Shown one piece after another: positions 62,677 through 64,000 of a stretch of 64,000 nt of DNA. The notes under the pieces were generated by a model. That model did not search any database, was not told where the DNA came from, and saw only the letters and a program-made list of their open reading frames with translations. The DNA is taken from contig NC_043022.1 of the NCBI RefSeq assembly GCF_006345805.1, forward strand, positions 20,274,001-20,338,000, in the 5' to 3' direction. The stretch comes from Octopus sinensis (lineage: Eukaryota). The translations under genes and the position numbers were made by a program. Position 1 is the stretch's first letter, and the number at the start of each line of letters is the position of its first letter.

Positions 62677-62898
62677 CCCTTTTGTTATCGTATATATTTT
62701 GAGATGCTTTGTGTTTCTTTCACTTAATTTCAAATATAACAAAGAATTTAATAAAATAACTTAGTTATCATTAAGTTTGTGTTAGGAACGTAATTTGTGA
62801 CTAAGGTTTGGTGGAATATTTTCATTCAGAACATATGAAAATAAGACATTTGTACTAAAGAGCCAGAGGCGGTTTTAGCCGGGTTGGTATTGAAAAGG
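62677..62898. mobile_element. piggyBac-type MITE (same family as 38743-38952, inverted)
   Basis: The body is the reverse complement of 38743-38952; right end aaaagg-TTAA. Confidence 0.75.
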
Positions 62899-63122
62899 TT
62901 AATATAAATATCTATATATTAATGCTTAAATATTCATCATCTGAAAACCTTCACCTTTTGCATGGATACCTATATACATATTTTGTATTTCATACCAAAG
63001 CTGTTATATTTAATATATTCAATTTGTTTATCTACACAATTTCCAACATACATACCTATATTTATACATATGAATATACATACATACATACATCACACGC
63101 ATACACATATAATATGATGATA

Positions 63123-63525
63123 GGCGCAGGAGTGGCTGTGTGGTAAGTAGCTTGCTTACCAACCACATGGTTCCGGGTTCAGTACCACTGCATGGCACTT
63201 TGGGCAAGTGTCTTCTGCTATAGCTTCGGGCCGACCAAAGCCTTGTGAGTGGATTTGGTAGACGGAAACTGAAAGAAGCCTGTCGCATTATGTATATGTG
63301 TGTGTGTGTGTGTGTCTGTCTGCATTTGTCACCCCGAACATCATTTGACATGCGATGCTGGTGTGTTTACGTCCCCGTAACCCAGCAGTTCGACAAAAAG
63401 TGACTGATAGAATAAGTACTAGGCTTACAAAGAATAAGTTCCGGAGTCGATTTGCTTGACTAAAAAGGTGGCGCTCCAGCATGGCCGCAGTCAAATGACT
63501 GAAACAAGTAAAAGAATAAAAGAAT
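63123..63525 (+). mobile_element. SINE family A
   Basis: Full-length match. Confidence 0.88.
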
Positions 63526-64000
63526 AGTAGTCTCTTGTAGTCCTAGGAAGCTGGTTCTGCAATTTCTTGTTGAACAAACCTTTGCATAAATGATTTGTTT
63601 ATACTGATCAAATGTATGTGTTGTACATTAGGGGACTCCCTCCATCAAATCGATATTGCTTAAACAGGTGCATGGTGTTCCATACATCAGGTGTTGTCAG
63701 AGTGATTGCAGAGCAACACAAGATGAAGAGTTTGGCTCAAGACCATAACACACCAACCAGTCCGTGAATTGAAACTGCAATCTCATGATCATGAGGGCAA
63801 CACACTAACCACTAGACCATGAACTCTAACATACAGATATATACACACAAACATTTCTCAAAGGAGACAATGATAATTTACCTGTCAGGATCAAATTTTT
63901 CAGGATCAGGCCAATATTTCGGATTATGGTGCAGAGCATAGACTGGAATATTAATGCCGATTTTTGCAGGAATTGTCCAATTTTTTATGGTGATTTGCTT

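Overview
AT-rich, microsatellite-dense animal genomic DNA. The SINE/LINE/MITE families look like those of Octopus (species assignment is recognition-based, not proven). The main feature is a + strand Mind bomb 2 (MIB2) E3 ubiquitin ligase gene. I reconstructed 16 coding exons by hand between 17752 and 44719 (2528 nt, all intron phases consistent, about 842 aa): ZZ zinc finger, second Mib/HERC2 domain, two MIB repeats, ankyrin repeats and two RING fingers. The N-terminal Mib/HERC2 exon and start codon were not found and probably lie upstream of the window. One intron has a GC donor. The rest is transposon-derived or low complexity: at least four SINE families, RTE and CR1/L2-type LINE fragments, Tc1, mariner and maT transposase relics, hAT- and piggyBac-type MITEs, a Penelope-like element with an uninterrupted GIY-YIG frame, a probable solo LTR, mini- and microsatellites and several fold-back repeats. 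Several Penelope-type minimal hammerhead ribozyme motifs are present; one has an intact core and lies sense-oriented in a MIB2 intron. Nearly all ORF-track entries are microsatellite or SINE artefacts. No CRISPR, rRNA or true tRNA genes were found, and nothing here is demonstrably a new biological system; the findings are testable hypotheses.
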